Notes: a model not told the origin generated them from the letters alone. Positions 26,538-39,639 are shown, counted from the whole stretch's first letter. The stretch: 61,282 nt of DNA, filler included, from Bipalium vagum (GCA_037834085.1; 3 parts of 3 records of this genome joined end to end with filler, not necessarily neighbours in it); one strand, 5' to 3'. Numbers and translations are program-made.

Positions 26538-27775
26538 CAGGGTGTTCCAATGTAAGGTTAAATTTAAAATTTAATTTCATTCATTTCTGTTTTGTTCTTT
26601 AAAATCAATAGTTGTGGAATAAACAATAACAATTCAATAACAAGCAAATTGAATCGTTATTCGTTTGAACAAAGAGTGTTTATGATAAGAACTATTTTAA
26701 ATACTGGGAAAGTTATACCATAGTTAACAGAAAATTTAGGTCTGAATATGGAAGGGAAAATTGCCCATCACATGTGAAAATTTAAAAAGTTATCAAAAAA
26801 TATAGAAAGAGGCTTGATAAAAGATGAACGACATTAAAAATATCATAAAAATGGTAGTTCAAAAAAATAATGCAGCTGTAAGCTGTAGGGTGAATGAAAA
26901 ACCAAAAACGTCAATCCGTTGTCGTTCATAAAAAATAACCATTTCAAGAACGGCGTTATTCAAAATTTTTCATGAAGATCATTATTTAGAGGCGTTCAAG
27001 ATTCAAATAGCTTGACAAATAAAGCCGACAGATTTTGAATTATACCGTAAATTCAGTAAATGGACCTTAAAAAATGCATGTAAATGAATTTTTTTTCCAA
27101 CAAATAATCTTTAGCGACAAAGCATATTTTGAACTTGACGGATTTGTAAGCACACAAAATTTTCAAATTTGGGACAATGAAAAACAAAAAAAAATATTAA
27201 AAAAACAATTCTATCCACCAAAATTAAATGTTTAGTGTGGTTTTTGGACTGGTGGTGTTATCGATCCGTATATTTTGATAATGAAGTTGGGAATTCTGTA
27301 AAAGTTTTTGATTCATAAATTGGACAGTATGCATACCCGAAACAATTGGTTTAAGCAGGATGGTGCCAAATCTCATACGGCAAAAGAAGCAATTACCATT
27401 TTAAGAGAATGATTTGATAAAGATAATATTCTCAACATGCAAACATCAATTGGCCAAGATCTAAAGCATCTAGATTTTCTCTTTTGGGATAATTAAAAAG
27501 AAGATGTCTCTATTAGTAATCCTCAAACGACTGCCGATCTGAAGAAGAACAACATCTATGAATTGTTGAAATTAAGCCACAGTTGCACCAAAATATCAAA
27601 GAAAACTTTTGTAAAAGAATGGGTGTTTGCCGTGTAGCAGAATGTCACTTTCATGACATTATTTTTCACTGTTAAATCGGATTCTATAATATATACTATC
27701 TTTGTAAGTAAATATATTGCTACATTTTATACATTTTGCTTGTTTTATTGAAAATTTTAAATGTAACCGCATATA
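26538..27775 (+). mobile_element. Near full-length decayed Tc1-like (DUF4817/DD37D-type) transposon
   Basis: Starts TA|CAGGGTGTTCCA; motifs RYSFEQRVFMI, IIFSDKAYFELDG, GGVIDPY, WFKQDGAKSHTA, NWPRS; right TIR degraded. Confidence 0.85.
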
Positions 27776-28808
27776 TTTTAATTTTCCGTAATTTTATAAA
27801 AATCTTAAATTATTTCTTAAGTAATAAGAATTTTTAATTCTATTTTCTCTCATTGGATGATTAATGTGTTTAAATGCTTTTTATATTTTAGAATTAAATA
27901 TTATATTTTTTTCTTATTATAAACGTTATTACGGTTTTCTAAATTTAGATAATAGGCTCACATGGTTTTCAATGTTTTTTCATTTTTTATTATTACCTCT
28001 TGTACTGTTGACTTAAAATTTTAATTCCTAAAATTGGTAAGTAATCAATATTATATTAAAAAATTTTGGATAATGTTTATTTTGACCGGTCTGTTTCATC
28101 AAGTCTCTTTATTGACCGATATAAATTTTTTCATGTTGATAATAAAGAAATGAATATTAAATTAATAAACCGCATAGTGATGTGTGTTCCATCCGATGAA
28201 ATTATGTTTTAAGAGAAAACAGTCTGTAATTCCTATCAGGAAATTTATAATAATATTAATATTAATATAATAAATAAATGTATCCATTAAAAAAAGCAAC
28301 ACTTTATTTAACAAAATACTTCTTGACCATCTTCGTCAGAATATTTGATATTTCCACTTCATTTAAGTTTATCTTGGACATTATTGTGTATATTCTTATT
28401 CTTATTATTCCTATTTTTGTTATTACTTTTACTCTTATTTTTATTTCTATCTTTGTTATTCTTAATATTTTCATTCTTGTTAATTTTATTTAGTGAAGAT
28501 TGACCCGTATGACTTGAATCTTGATTATTTAAATGAGGTTGTTTCTGATTAAAATTCCCAATTTTAGCTGCTCATTTTAAACTTTTTTTGGGGGTTTGAT
28601 CCCGGAAAACCAGTTTTTATGATCGGAATACTGTTAGGTCTCGATCTTTGATTCAAATAATATGGGTCGATATTATTTAATTGAGGAAGAGGGGGGGGGT
28701 GGAGAGTTAGGGTTGAATAAAGGTATCTCATTTATGGGACCTGGAAGGTTCGCAAAAGTCAGTTACTGAAGACATTGTCGTTTCAAAATCTGTCGTTATT
28801 AATTTCTA

Positions 28809-28959
28809 TGTAGAAATGGGGAAAAATGTGAGATTTTTTTTGAAAATTGTTGAGTTTTAGCAATAATAATGATAATAGAGTTGTAATAATAATAATAGTA
28901 ATAATAATAGCCATGGAAATATAATTCCAGTTTTAATTGGGAAGGCAGTATCAATAACG

Positions 28960-28997
<38 letters not shown>

Positions 28998-29850
28998 GTA
29001 ATAATAATAGAAAATAACAATAATGATAAAAAAAATAATGATTATAATGAGGGCCTTTGTTTTCATTATTATAGAAATTAACCTCGGCGTCGAGATTAAG
29101 AATAGGAATAGTACTCCGTCGTTGGAGTTACTAAATTCTTTTGTCTGGGCGTGGATACAAAAATAGCAATTAGAGGCTATTGATAGAAATAGCCGTCTCG
29201 AAGCGTAGAGATTGGTGATCGTAGACCAATCTCTGCGACTATATAAACTGACGGCTATTCCCGCCAATTTGCGCAAAAACGCTAGAACATCAGAACCGAA
29301 TACGTCAGAACAGAGAACGAGAAAACGCCAGCGGAGAACGATAATTCAAGAGATCATCTATGAAGAAACTACGAATTCGCAAAGACTACGAACCGGCGGA
29401 AGGGTATCAAAGTATTTTCCAGTGGATATGACTTCGCAGAAGGATTTCACAAGGACCCAGCGAGCTTGGAAGCCCCTAGACGACCCGAGAAGCACCTAGA
29501 AGGCCTCCTTGTCGCTCTTGGTGAGACCGTTAATTATTTTTGTTTGTGTTTATTTCTGGTGTTACTTTTCATGGACCTCTCTCTTTTTCTCTCATCTCAT
29601 TAATAGTTGTGTATTTATTTTATTATTATTTATTGGAAATATTTTGAGACTTCTCGTGGTGATTGATATTGTGATTGTGTTTTTGGTCAATAAAGTTTTA
29701 TTGAAGAAGTTTTGATTCAGTTCTTAGGGTGCGGATAAAGTATTATAGTGGGTGTTTTGATTCGATAAGATTAAGAGGAGTTACGGACACAACATTTTAT
29801 AAAAAGTGAGGAGTCACAAGCACACGAGCACACGAGCACACGTTACTACG
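28809..29850 (+). mobile_element. Solo LTR (1042 bp), probably gypsy-like
   Basis: Termini TGTAG...CTACG flanked by a 4-bp direct repeat TCTA (28805-28808 and 29851-29854); internal TATATAAA (~29240) and AATAAA (~29689); no coding capacity. Confidence 0.75.
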
Positions 29851-29864
29851 TCTAAGTATAATAG

Positions 29865-30185
29865 TCACAAAATTATATTCATCGAGCTGTCAACCACAAA
29901 ATGAACACGCAAAGATTTGAATCGATTTGGGGGAAACTGACAATTAAGATTGTGTCAATGAAAGGCGTCTATAGTGATCTCTTTGAATTAAATCTAAATG
30001 AATGAATGTGGGGCCAAAATATTCAATCAAGAAACTGCGAATCATTTTTAAAAAATAAATTTGTAAATGGAAAATTATTTGTTTTTGTTATTTTTTGTGA
30101 TTCGTCTCTGGTTTCTTTTTGAACCGGTCAATCGTATCAAGTCTCTTTTTTGACCGAGTTTGACCGAGTTTTTGACCGAATCCAA
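29865..30185 (+). mobile_element. Merlin (IS1016/ISXO2-like) transposase 3' fragment
   Basis: NYIHRAVNHKMNTQRFESIWGKL...MKGV...LNE.MW fits the Y.H..VNH...TQ.IES.W..L...G...L.E..W motif. Confidence 0.75.
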
Positions 30186-30259
30186 AATTTTTATTTTAAT
30201 ATTTTCAGTTTAACAAATTTATATACAAAATTGTATCAGACTAAAACAAATACTAATAC

Positions 30260-30294
<35 letters not shown>

Positions 30295-31329
30295 TAATGT
30301 CTTTTCAAAAATGTTGATAAATATTAATTAGTCCTTTATATATATATATCTTATTCTTGTTAAGAATATCTCTATTACCTGGAAACTGTAACTTTTACTA
30401 TTCTTGATGATTTTATAAAATTTTTTGAATTTTTCATAGAACTCAGCTATACTTGATTGCTGCCTGTGGCCATTATGGATAATTGCATCTGAAACTTAAT
30501 TTCTTTCTGGTTTTTAATTCTACGTCCAAATACATAGACAAGCTCAGTGTTATTACACCAATAGAAAATAGTTTTACAATTCACAATGTTTGTAAAAATG
30601 AAAATAATATTTTCTTTTAAAGATTTTCTATCAGTTTTTTAAAAAAGATATTACTTTTAGGAGAAATCTTCTAAGTAAATCCAACAAGAAAAGGAAATGG
30701 ATGACAAATAATTGTATAAAAAGAAGAAAAATGATTAGGTGTAAACAATTAAGCACGTACATACAATTAATAAGTCTAAAATTCTAATCAACGGAAATTA
30801 TTATTTATATTTTTTAACAGATAATAAATAATAATTATTGCTTTTAATTAAATATCTATATTAAAGAGATATTTTCAATATTTAGCTACATGGAAATTAA
30901 TTAATATATAAAATTATTTAATTAATTAAATTTATTTTCATATTTATTTCAACTCCTTTAAATGAAATAAAATTTAATTTTCGAAGAAAATATAAAATAC
31001 AGTCCATGTTTTCACCAGGAAGATTATAAATCTTTTTCTAAAAATCGATATTACAATTAGTTTCCTGAAATTATCGATTAATTTCTTTAATTAAAATTTA
31101 TTTTACAATAAATACACATTGACATATATTATAAATATCATAAAGTTATTGCTACGGATAATTATAATAGGTTAATTTGGATATTAGGTACATAATAACT
31201 TTTAAAATGCTTTTTAGTAAAGACTTGTACATTTTCATCATTAGCTATCAAAATTAAATGAACCAATTTTCATACATAGACTTAAAAACTATATTAGTGA
31301 ATCTTAAAGTGATATTTTTTAAATAAATG

Positions 31330-31600
31330 TAATAATAATTCTTCATAACAATAGCCAGTCACACACTGCAAAACAATTCCTGCAGATGCTGAATGATTTA
31401 AGAAAATTTTACTCGTCTTCATTTTAACAATCTTTTTCACGTACTGGAAGTGAAAATCCTCCATGCCAACAGTGTTGTTCAGAATTCCTCTCGTGAGTTT
31501 ATTAATTCAAGAAGACTATAACCTCTACATTATTGGAATAAATAAAAATTATTTCGCATTGGCAGAAATTTGTTGCTCAAACTGTGTGTTCACATTTTAA
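31330..31600 (+). mobile_element. Mariner 3' relic
   Basis: LLHNNSQSHTAK, GINK and HWQKFV fragments. Confidence 0.55.
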
Positions 31601-32029
31601 ATAAAGCAAATTCTTGCTTTCATTACTTTTATTAATAATCATAATACATTTTTTGATTAAAAAGATAATTATTTTCTTACCATTTTAATATTTAGATATC
31701 TTTTAGATCACATTAATATTTTCTTCATTTATTTATTTATTTAATATGTTCACTTTTTTTAATCTATAATATGTTACATAAACATTCTTGAGATTTTTTT
31801 TAGTATGTATATGTATACTCATCGACATACAAGTAATTTTAGAAGCATTTTTGAAATCCTTAAGTAATATAACTTTTAAAAAATATCCTTTTGTGTCTAA
31901 TGATAAATTTTCATTTGTAAACACTAATTTTTTATTATTTTTCTGATATGTGAAATAGAAAAGTTTAATTTAAAAGAAAACTTTTGTTTATAATTTTTGA
32001 TTGCGATATAATTAAACAAACAGTATTGT

Positions 32030-32652
32030 ATTTGAGTAGAAAAAAATGCTAAGTCAAGCAGAAAGTAATATTATTAATGTCTTAAATTCAGAAGGTAAAA
32101 GTTTCAAAGAAATATCAAATATAATAAAATTCCAAGAAATAGCGTGTTGTATTTATATTATTACGGTCGAAAATTTTTAAAGAAGAAACGAGGCCCCAAG
32201 TTTAGGTTGTCACATTTCGAAAAGTTTCGAATTAAATGGAAAGCGACATAATATAAAGAAGATCATGAAAAAGTAAATGCTTCCAAAATCAAGAAGTCAT
32301 GTAATTTATGTATTTCTGCCAGACGCATACAAAGGCATTTCAAGTCTGAATGCTATAGATATTGCAGAGCAAAGTCCCAAATAATATTGATTAAGAAGCA
32401 CAAAGAAGCAAGACTTGACATTATTACAAATTAGATCACAAGTAACCACCAATGAAATGAAAGTCGAAGTCAGGTTGAAACAGTCATATACCAGTATATG
32501 AAACATGTACCTAAAGAAAACTTTGTTTATTACTGCGAACAATGGAAGTGTATAAATACTACTGAACAATTCTTTTAGCAAAAGTAACGACTGCGTTAAT
32601 TGTGCTGTATTATTAGATTTTGGCAAGTGTGTTATCACTTGAGCAACCATTG
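32030..32652 (+). mobile_element. Internally deleted Tc1/Tc3-like element about 230 bp upstream of the GPCR ATG
   Basis: MLSQAESNIINVLNSEGKSFKEIS...KRGPK...ASKIKKSCNLCISARRIQRHF...KKHKEARL (paired HTH region). Confidence 0.7.
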
Positions 32653-32881
32653 TATATATATATACTGACCAATATACTGAAGAATCATAATTATTTCGTT
32701 TATCTATAAGATATACTTATAATTTAATATATTTGATCAAGTATTTGTTGAAATGTAATGAAAACTAAATTGATTAATTTTTTTGTTGGTTACAATTTAT
32801 CCAATCAAAACCGACTTCTCTTCTAATGATAAAATAAATAACACCATTTATTATTTCAAGCAAAAATATTATTATATTTTT

Positions 32882-34390
32882 ATGGAATTTAATCATTTTC
32901 AATATGTTACCCACAGAAAGTCTGAATTCATTTATTCCATTTCAACTGCATATTCTTTTCTCAGTTTTATGGGAATATTTTTCAATTCCTTCATCGTTCT
33001 GGTCATCATTAAACACTGCGTTTTTCACAATGTTACCAATATATTTGTGTTGACTTTGGCAATATCGGACATCGTTCTTTGCGCATTCAATATTCCATTG
33101 CAAACGTATTATGAAATAACGGAGGCTGCCGGATTCGGAACGGTGACATGTAAAATATTCTTTGCATTGTTCAGCGTTCCACTTTACATATCATGTCTTA
33201 CGATTCTGCTAATTGCTGTGGACCGCTATCGGATCATTATATATCCGTTGAAAGAGAGAATATCAAAATCCAACGCAGCAATCCTAATATTTTTCATTGT
33301 CCTTTTTAGTCTTGTTTCATCCATTCCTATAGCACTTTATACGCATTCGATTTATTCTGAAAATATCTCGCTGAGCAATGAAAGAGAAATCAGCTATTGT
33401 GCTGAATACTGGCCGAATGTTTCAGCTAGATTGTATTATTCTTTTCTTGTATTCCTTTGCCAGTTCTTTTTGCCGTTGCTGATCACGGCTTATCTTTACA
33501 TTTCCATCTACTACCGCTTGAAAATGCGCACATTTAAAAAAAGAGACAATGCTCGAAAGCTGAGAACAAACAAAATTCTAATAGCCATTGTTCTATGTTT
33601 CGCTGTATTTTGGTCACCATGGACAATTTATTCTTTATACCTTGAAATAAGTTCTTATTTCATGGACTTGAGACATCTTCAGGGTTATGGAAAACTGCAC
33701 CTTCTTAATTTTTCCAAAATGGATGATAACTATTTCAATAACTTGAAACCCATTCACACCAAAATGATAGATCAAATTTTAAAGTGTTTTGCCACTTTTT
33801 CTTGTGTTATAAACCCGTTTCTCTATGGATGGCTGAATGATTCCATAAAAGAAGTGTTGTGCAGATTTTTCAAACGTCTTAGAGATTCTTTATTAAACCA
33901 TTTCTCCACTCAAGATCACCAATCTGTCGATGGTAAAATATTTAGATATACTAGAACAGATTTGAAAAAAAACTCAAATTCTCAAAGAGGAAGAGATCAC
34001 CCGAAGGTTTTGATTGCAGAACAATTTAAGCCCGACGAAATGTACCTAAATACAGGAAGAACGCCGTCGATTTTTGAAATGTCTACAAAAAGAACAAGTC
34101 TTTATCCTAGCAATGTTCCACGAACTCAGTCTCACTTATCAGAAGATTGTAGTAATGTTCATTATGAATCTTCTTTTGTTGCGAACCCTAAGCCATTTTT
34201 TCCTACGTATGAAAGACGATTTACGGACGAGTCAACAGATGCGACTTTGTCCACTTCTAAGGAAACCGATGTTTTTACACTAATGGCTATTGCTGTTAAG
34301 CAGCAAACCTTTGACAAAGGTCGTCGAGTATCTCTTGCAGTTGAAATGAAGAAAAAACCATCATTAAGTCGAAAGACATCATTAATGTAA
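32882..34390 (+). CDS. Intronless rhodopsin-class peptide GPCR, neuropeptide Y/F / prolactin-releasing peptide receptor-like (502 aa from first ATG)
   Basis: Seven hydrophobic segments; NVTNIFVLTLAISD, IAVDRY..IIYP, ECL2 YCAEYWP, FWSPW, INPFLYGWLN; long Ser/Thr-rich C-tail. Confidence 0.93.
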   Translation: MEFNHFQYVTHRKSEFIYSISTAYSFLSFMGIFFNSFIVLVIIKHCVFHNVTNIFVLTLAISDIVLCAFNIPLQTYYEITEAAGFGTVTCKIFFALFSVPLYISCLTILLIAVDRYRIIIYPLKERISKSNAAILIFFIVLFSLVSSIPIALYTHSIYSENISLSNEREISYCAEYWPNVSARLYYSFLVFLCQFFLPLLITAYLYISIYYRLKMRTFKKRDNARKLRTNKILIAIVLCFAVFWSPWTIYSLYLEISSYFMDLRHLQGYGKLHLLNFSKMDDNYFNNLKPIHTKMIDQILKCFATFSCVINPFLYGWLNDSIKEVLCRFFKRLRDSLLNHFSTQDHQSVDGKIFRYTRTDLKKNSNSQRGRDHPKVLIAEQFKPDEMYLNTGRTPSIFEMSTKRTSLYPSNVPRTQSHLSEDCSNVHYESSFVANPKPFFPTYERRFTDESTDATLSTSKETDVFTLMAIAVKQQTFDKGRRVSLAVEMKKKPSLSRKTSLM

Positions 34391-34494
34391 TATTTGAGAT
34401 GAAAATTATTTGTAAATGTAAGTATCTGTAAGACATGTAAAAATTAATAATTCGCATCTTTGCCATCAAATAAAATAGTTACGTGAACTATTGT

Positions 34495-34632
34495 NNNNNN
34501 NNNNNNNNNNNNNNNNNNNNNNNNNNNNNNNNNNNNNNNNNNNNNNNNNNNNNNNNNNNNNNNNNNNNNNNNNNNNNNNNNNNNNNNNNNNNNNNNNNNN
34601 NNNNNNNNNNNNNNNNNNNNNNNNNNNNNNNN
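34495..34632. other. Assembly gap
   Basis: Run of N. Confidence 0.99.
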
Positions 34633-35779
34633 GAAAGTATTTAATGAGAGCTTAATCGAACAGAAAAAAAATGCTACACATTTATTAAAGTTATGATATA
34701 CTTGGATAAGTTTAATATTTTCTTAATTAACAAAAAATCGTAATATGAAGGTTTACGAAATCTATAGAGAAGAATATACAATATATAATATATAATAATA
34801 ATTAAAAATACCAAAAATACAAAAATAGAATTATAGACCTGACATTAGCAACATAAGCAAGATTTGTGATTTCTTCTAATTTTCACGAGAGAATTCGTAG
34901 TAATAAAGTCTAAAAATTTGACGATTTATCAAAATTTCAATCTGAAAAATATTAAAAAAATGAATGAAAATTGTGAAAAAATAAATAATTTATTACAAAT
35001 ATTTAAAGATAAAAAAGAATAATACTTTAATTTTTAAAAATACGTTTCTGAATAGACCGAATAAGTATTTTTAAAATATTTTTAAAGGTGAAGTGGGCTA
35101 TAAATTATTTTAAATATTAAAATAATATATATTATCAGTCCTCAAAGACTTCGACTTCCATCTTCGAAGACTTTTGATTTGGAAAATAAAAGTTTCGAAC
35201 AGAAGAATATTAGCGAAGATCATGGTGGAAATGGCAGTGTTTTAATGACGATCCAGAAATGGATCAAAATATTTAAAGATAAGCACATTTATCAGAAGGT
35301 TGGGTGATCTGTGTCGGATGATATATTTTGATGATTAAATAAATACATTGTGACTACGTTTTTGGGCTTCTTTCAATTTTGAAATAAAAACATTAAAATA
35401 TGATATATATTATGATATTTTAAAATTATATTTTCTCGGAATCATATTTTAAAAAACCATTTGAAGTCATCTTTAAAAAAAATTTTATTTATTAAATCAC
35501 TCTTTGAAAATTCTAGTCAGGTGAATAAAAATGGTTTTTTCCCTTTATATACATATATACTGTATATGAGTATATAATATAATACTATGTATCAAATAGT
35601 GTTTTTGCATTATTTCCAAATTGTAATAAAAGAAATTCTTACAAATCAAACTTAATTAAAATCTTGACCAATGGCTTCATTTTTCAGAATTTTCAGTATT
35701 TTTAGATGCTTTCCACTTTATGATCAATCAAATAACAAAAAAACTATATATTTACATAATGGCGAAAGGTCAGCTTCAA

Positions 35780-36400
35780 ATCATCACAATTTTCCTTGAA
35801 AAGCAATCATTATGCTTTAGAAGACACTTACATAATTCGTTTTCATTTGAGATTGTATTCAATTGATTAAACATCAACTTTAAGCTTCTCAGCCTAAAAT
35901 TTACCAATTTTGAGCCAATAAACCCCAAAAGTTTTCTATTGGTTGAACTTGAAGAACATTGAGTGGATTTACTTCTTTTGGAACAAATGGTACATTTCCT
36001 TCATTTAACCATTTTGTGATTTTATTGGCATAATGAGAACTAGCTATCAATCAAATAGAACTAGCTATAAATCCGGCCATTACATACATATATATTTGTA
36101 ATTGGCATGATACCCATTTATAATTTTCAAAAATTTGGTTAAGCATTTCTGGGTATACGTCTCGGTATCAATCGCAGGTCCTCTTATCGACCCAATGTAT
36201 GTTACTGAAATATATTTCCCGGAAAACGCCAATCATAATATTATTTTAGGTTTGAATTTCTTTTTGGATTTCAACCTAACATGCACAGGTGTTTTTTCTT
36301 TGTTGAATAAAAACCTGTATTTCCGTTTTATCATATTCTTGACCATTCCATGGTGAAGTTTAAGTAGAGACTGGTTTATATCCACTGATGAAAACTCAAA
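35780..36400 (-). mobile_element. Tc1-like transposase relic (same type as 18860-19480)
   Basis: WPDL.ASSHYANKITKWLNEGNVPFVPKEVNPLNVLQVQPIENFWGLL. Confidence 0.85.
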
Positions 36401-36404
36401 TTAC

Positions 36405-36770
36405 CATTACATGTTTGGCAATGGCGGCTAAATAGGAATTTGGTGTCAAAATCTTTGATTAAATTGTCTTCGGTCTTCTGTTAGAAAGTGTAAGAACGGT
36501 CCTTCTCAGTCGATGCATCAGCTCGTCAAGGTATCTTGAAATTACTTTCTAACCTACTGGAAATGGTTGTGTATTAGACCCTTAACGTCGGGCATGTGCA
36601 AGATTATGTGAATTAGGTATGAACTGTATGAAATGTTATTCAACTGTGCATAGATGAATGGGTATTGATAATTGATGGAATCTAGAGTGTTTTAAAGATG
36701 GATATCCTAGTTGATGGAGCTGCTTCAACTAATGGCAGGGTCCAAGGTGCTAGCTGGCTTCTAAACATGT
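36405..36770 (-). mobile_element. Possible Penelope-like fragment (GIY-YIG region)
   Basis: Fragments LGYPS, VG.KVISRYL...R and LAAIAKH resemble the Penelope linker/endonuclease. Weak. Confidence 0.3.
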
Positions 36771-38149
36771 TATAATAATTTATAAGTAAAGTGTTATATC
36801 TTTAATTAATCTATTTCACAATGGGCATAACAAAAATGATTTTCAATTTAAACTTTTAAAAGAAATAATTTGCATTTTAAGAAAATAAGTTGATTTATTC
36901 TTCTTGAGTTTGAGATTTTGACAATTTATAAAATGACCAAACATTGAGAATTCATACGCCAATATCTATTAGGCTAAATATGATATAATAAAATTATTTT
37001 ATTTAACGAAGCCGTTTGTAAGTTCCGAGTAATAAAGAAAATATTTTTCGACATCATAAAAGAATAAATAATTCTAATAAGAATAATTCCTTACTTTGTC
37101 ACACGTAAGGCATGGTTCGCTGAAGGTTTCAAAATTTCGTTTTTTAATCGTATTTATTAATTTACATTACTTCATATTTTTTACATTTAAATAAAATTAT
37201 AATTAATTAATATTTATTTACTGGTTCTCATCAACTTGTAATTATTGATTACTTTTCACCTAATAATATAATATCTATATTATTAGGTTGTTGCATAAAC
37301 TCGTCCAGTTTTTATAATTCTGTTATTTACACTAAATTATGATATTAATGTTGATATAATAGCAAAAATTAGAGTACAATAAAAAATTAGCACGAAAACT
37401 CAGTTATGGTAAGCACAATAATTGAATATAATTATAATGTAGTAGTCAACCCTTTCTTTAACATTATTTTTATCAGCTAAATAATATTAATATTCTTATG
37501 TGAAACCTGGTCTTTCAAAGGATTCAGTGTATAATATATCAACATGCTGTTTCAATTCTTCTTGTACTGAATAATTCGTAAAATTCCTTCCTATTGCTGG
37601 AAATTATAACATAGGTTTTCATTCTTCTACAATGAGATATTACTTTCACTGAATTAAGGATAGAGCCTGTCGTACTGATGGAGAGCCAGTATTTTATCTC
37701 ACACACTTTTATCTTATGCTGCAAAGCATCATTAACAACATCTGACTTTTCTGAATTGTCATTCAGACCCTGTACAAAATTCCTCTGTATTGTTCACAGT
37801 AACTAGGAGCATAAGTACTCTGCATTCAATTCAATAATTTTATTAATTAGTCCTTGTTAGGTTTCTAGTACATCTGTGATCTCAAAAGAAACCAATCTTT
37901 TATTATCAATTTCTTTTAAAAATCCTAAATATTACCAGACAAATTTTGGTTTTTATTTTTCATAACTTTTTTCTTGTATGAAGGCGTTTGGATTAATATT
38001 AAATTGTTCAAAAAAGTTTTACACGTTTTTTGTTTATATGTTATACATTAAAATTTTAAATAAGTCAAAACACCTATTTAAAGACTATTTAATATTATAT
38101 AGCATTTTAAAGCCTATATATTGATCTCTTTAAATGTCTCAAGTCCTTC

Positions 38150-38410
38150 CCAAAAACGAATCAATACGAGAGAACGCTTATGGTTACGGTATGGTGGTGT
38201 TCCAAAGGATTGATTCATTACGATTACCTGGAAAAGGAAGAAAACAGAGAAATACTGCTTAGGAATTGATATTATGCAAAAAAATTAAAAAAAGAATGAA
38301 TCTAGAAAAGGCACAATTATGTTGCATGACAATGCCAGTCTGCACATAGCAAATCACAGATGAGCTGAAAAGCGTAACTTATGAAATTCTGTCACATCCA
38401 CCATACTTTT
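38150..38410 (+). mobile_element. Mariner catalytic fragment
   Basis: MLHDNASLH and YEILSHPPY motifs. Confidence 0.7.
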
Positions 38411-38599
38411 TATTTTAATCAGCAAACCTTTTCTTTCTGTTAACTTGGTCTGTTATAATTTTTGAATGTTTCGTTATATCTCTTTTAAGTTCTTTGTTTC
38501 ATAAAATTGTTTTATATAAACAACAAATTACATCTTCGTAATTATTCTAAGATCCAAAGATTTAGTTTTTTGGATATTTTATATTATAATTTTTTCTAA

Positions 38600-39440
38600 T
38601 GAAACTTATTTTGATATAATTTTGTAATGTTTGAATTTTTTAATTACATTTTTTCATCTTCCAGTTAATTTATGAATACAATCTATTAAGAACTGCCACC
38701 TTTTTCAGACAAAACATTCAGAAATTCATTTTTCAACATCACCAAACCTTTAGAAGTACTGCTGAGTTAGTCAGTGTTTTTGATGGGAACAGTTGAAAAT
38801 CTGAAAAAGTGAATGTGTGTAAATACTGAAGGTAGGTGAGTACTCTCAAGATTATATCTTTTAACAGACTTTTAACTGATTTAGAAAGAAGTGATGAGTT
38901 ATCATGGATTAATATTAATTTTCATATCTTTGGGCCATTCTATAAATTCAGTAATAAAACATTGCTTCAGTTGAACTGATTGGTTTTGACAGCTCTTATA
39001 TTTAACCCTTTTAATTGCATCAGATGCAGAGAATTTTTATTCAAAACTTTTTGGTTTTATAGTCGGTTTGAAGCTTGGTCTAGATTAATAAATGATTTCC
39101 TGAATTTTGGATTATTAAAATAAATTTACTTTTTATCTTTTTTAACAATTCGATGTAAGAAAAGCTGTCTTTCACACCGTTGTAATAAAATCTCACTTAT
39201 TACTCTTTGATTTTTCGATTGTCTTGATAAGGCACAAATTTTCCTTCCTTAAATTTTTTATCAATGTCATGTAATCGCGCACATATTGTATGTAGAGTAA
39301 ACCGAGATCTTACAATGTTACGTTGTTTTTGAAACTGGAATTCATCTTCATTCAATAAATTTTCAAATTCATTGTTCTGAAATTTGAAATTGGTCCTGAA
39401 TCGTCTTTATTTTTTGCACTAAAATCGTTATTTCTGAAGA
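38600..39440 (-). mobile_element. Decayed mariner transposase
   Basis: FRNNDFS.KNKD.SG (HTH region) and DKK.IYFNNPK.RKS (first catalytic Asp region). Confidence 0.7.
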
Positions 39441-39639
39441 TTATATATATTAGGTTGTAAAGAAATTAATGTCGGTTTATGAAACTTAATTTTTGCAGTA
39501 TGAATTAATAAAGGAAAATTTGTTTTATTAATATAAATTTGTTTTCATACTGAAGCGTAATTTTTCAACAAAAAAATTTAATAAATAATTAATATCTATA
39601 ATTTTGTAGGCATTTGAATAATGATTGACGACTCCCAAA

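Noticed and set aside
28278-29715. Hydrophobic or low-complexity ORFs (poly-L/I/Y; 28278, 28799, 28857, 29212, 29509)
   Set aside because: These are translations of (TAA)n and T-rich tracts in and beside the solo LTR, not credible membrane proteins.
34074-34283. Overlapping alternative-frame ORFs inside the GPCR and the TAF1 last exon (also 47841-48089)
   Set aside because: Short shadow ORFs with no independent coding signal.
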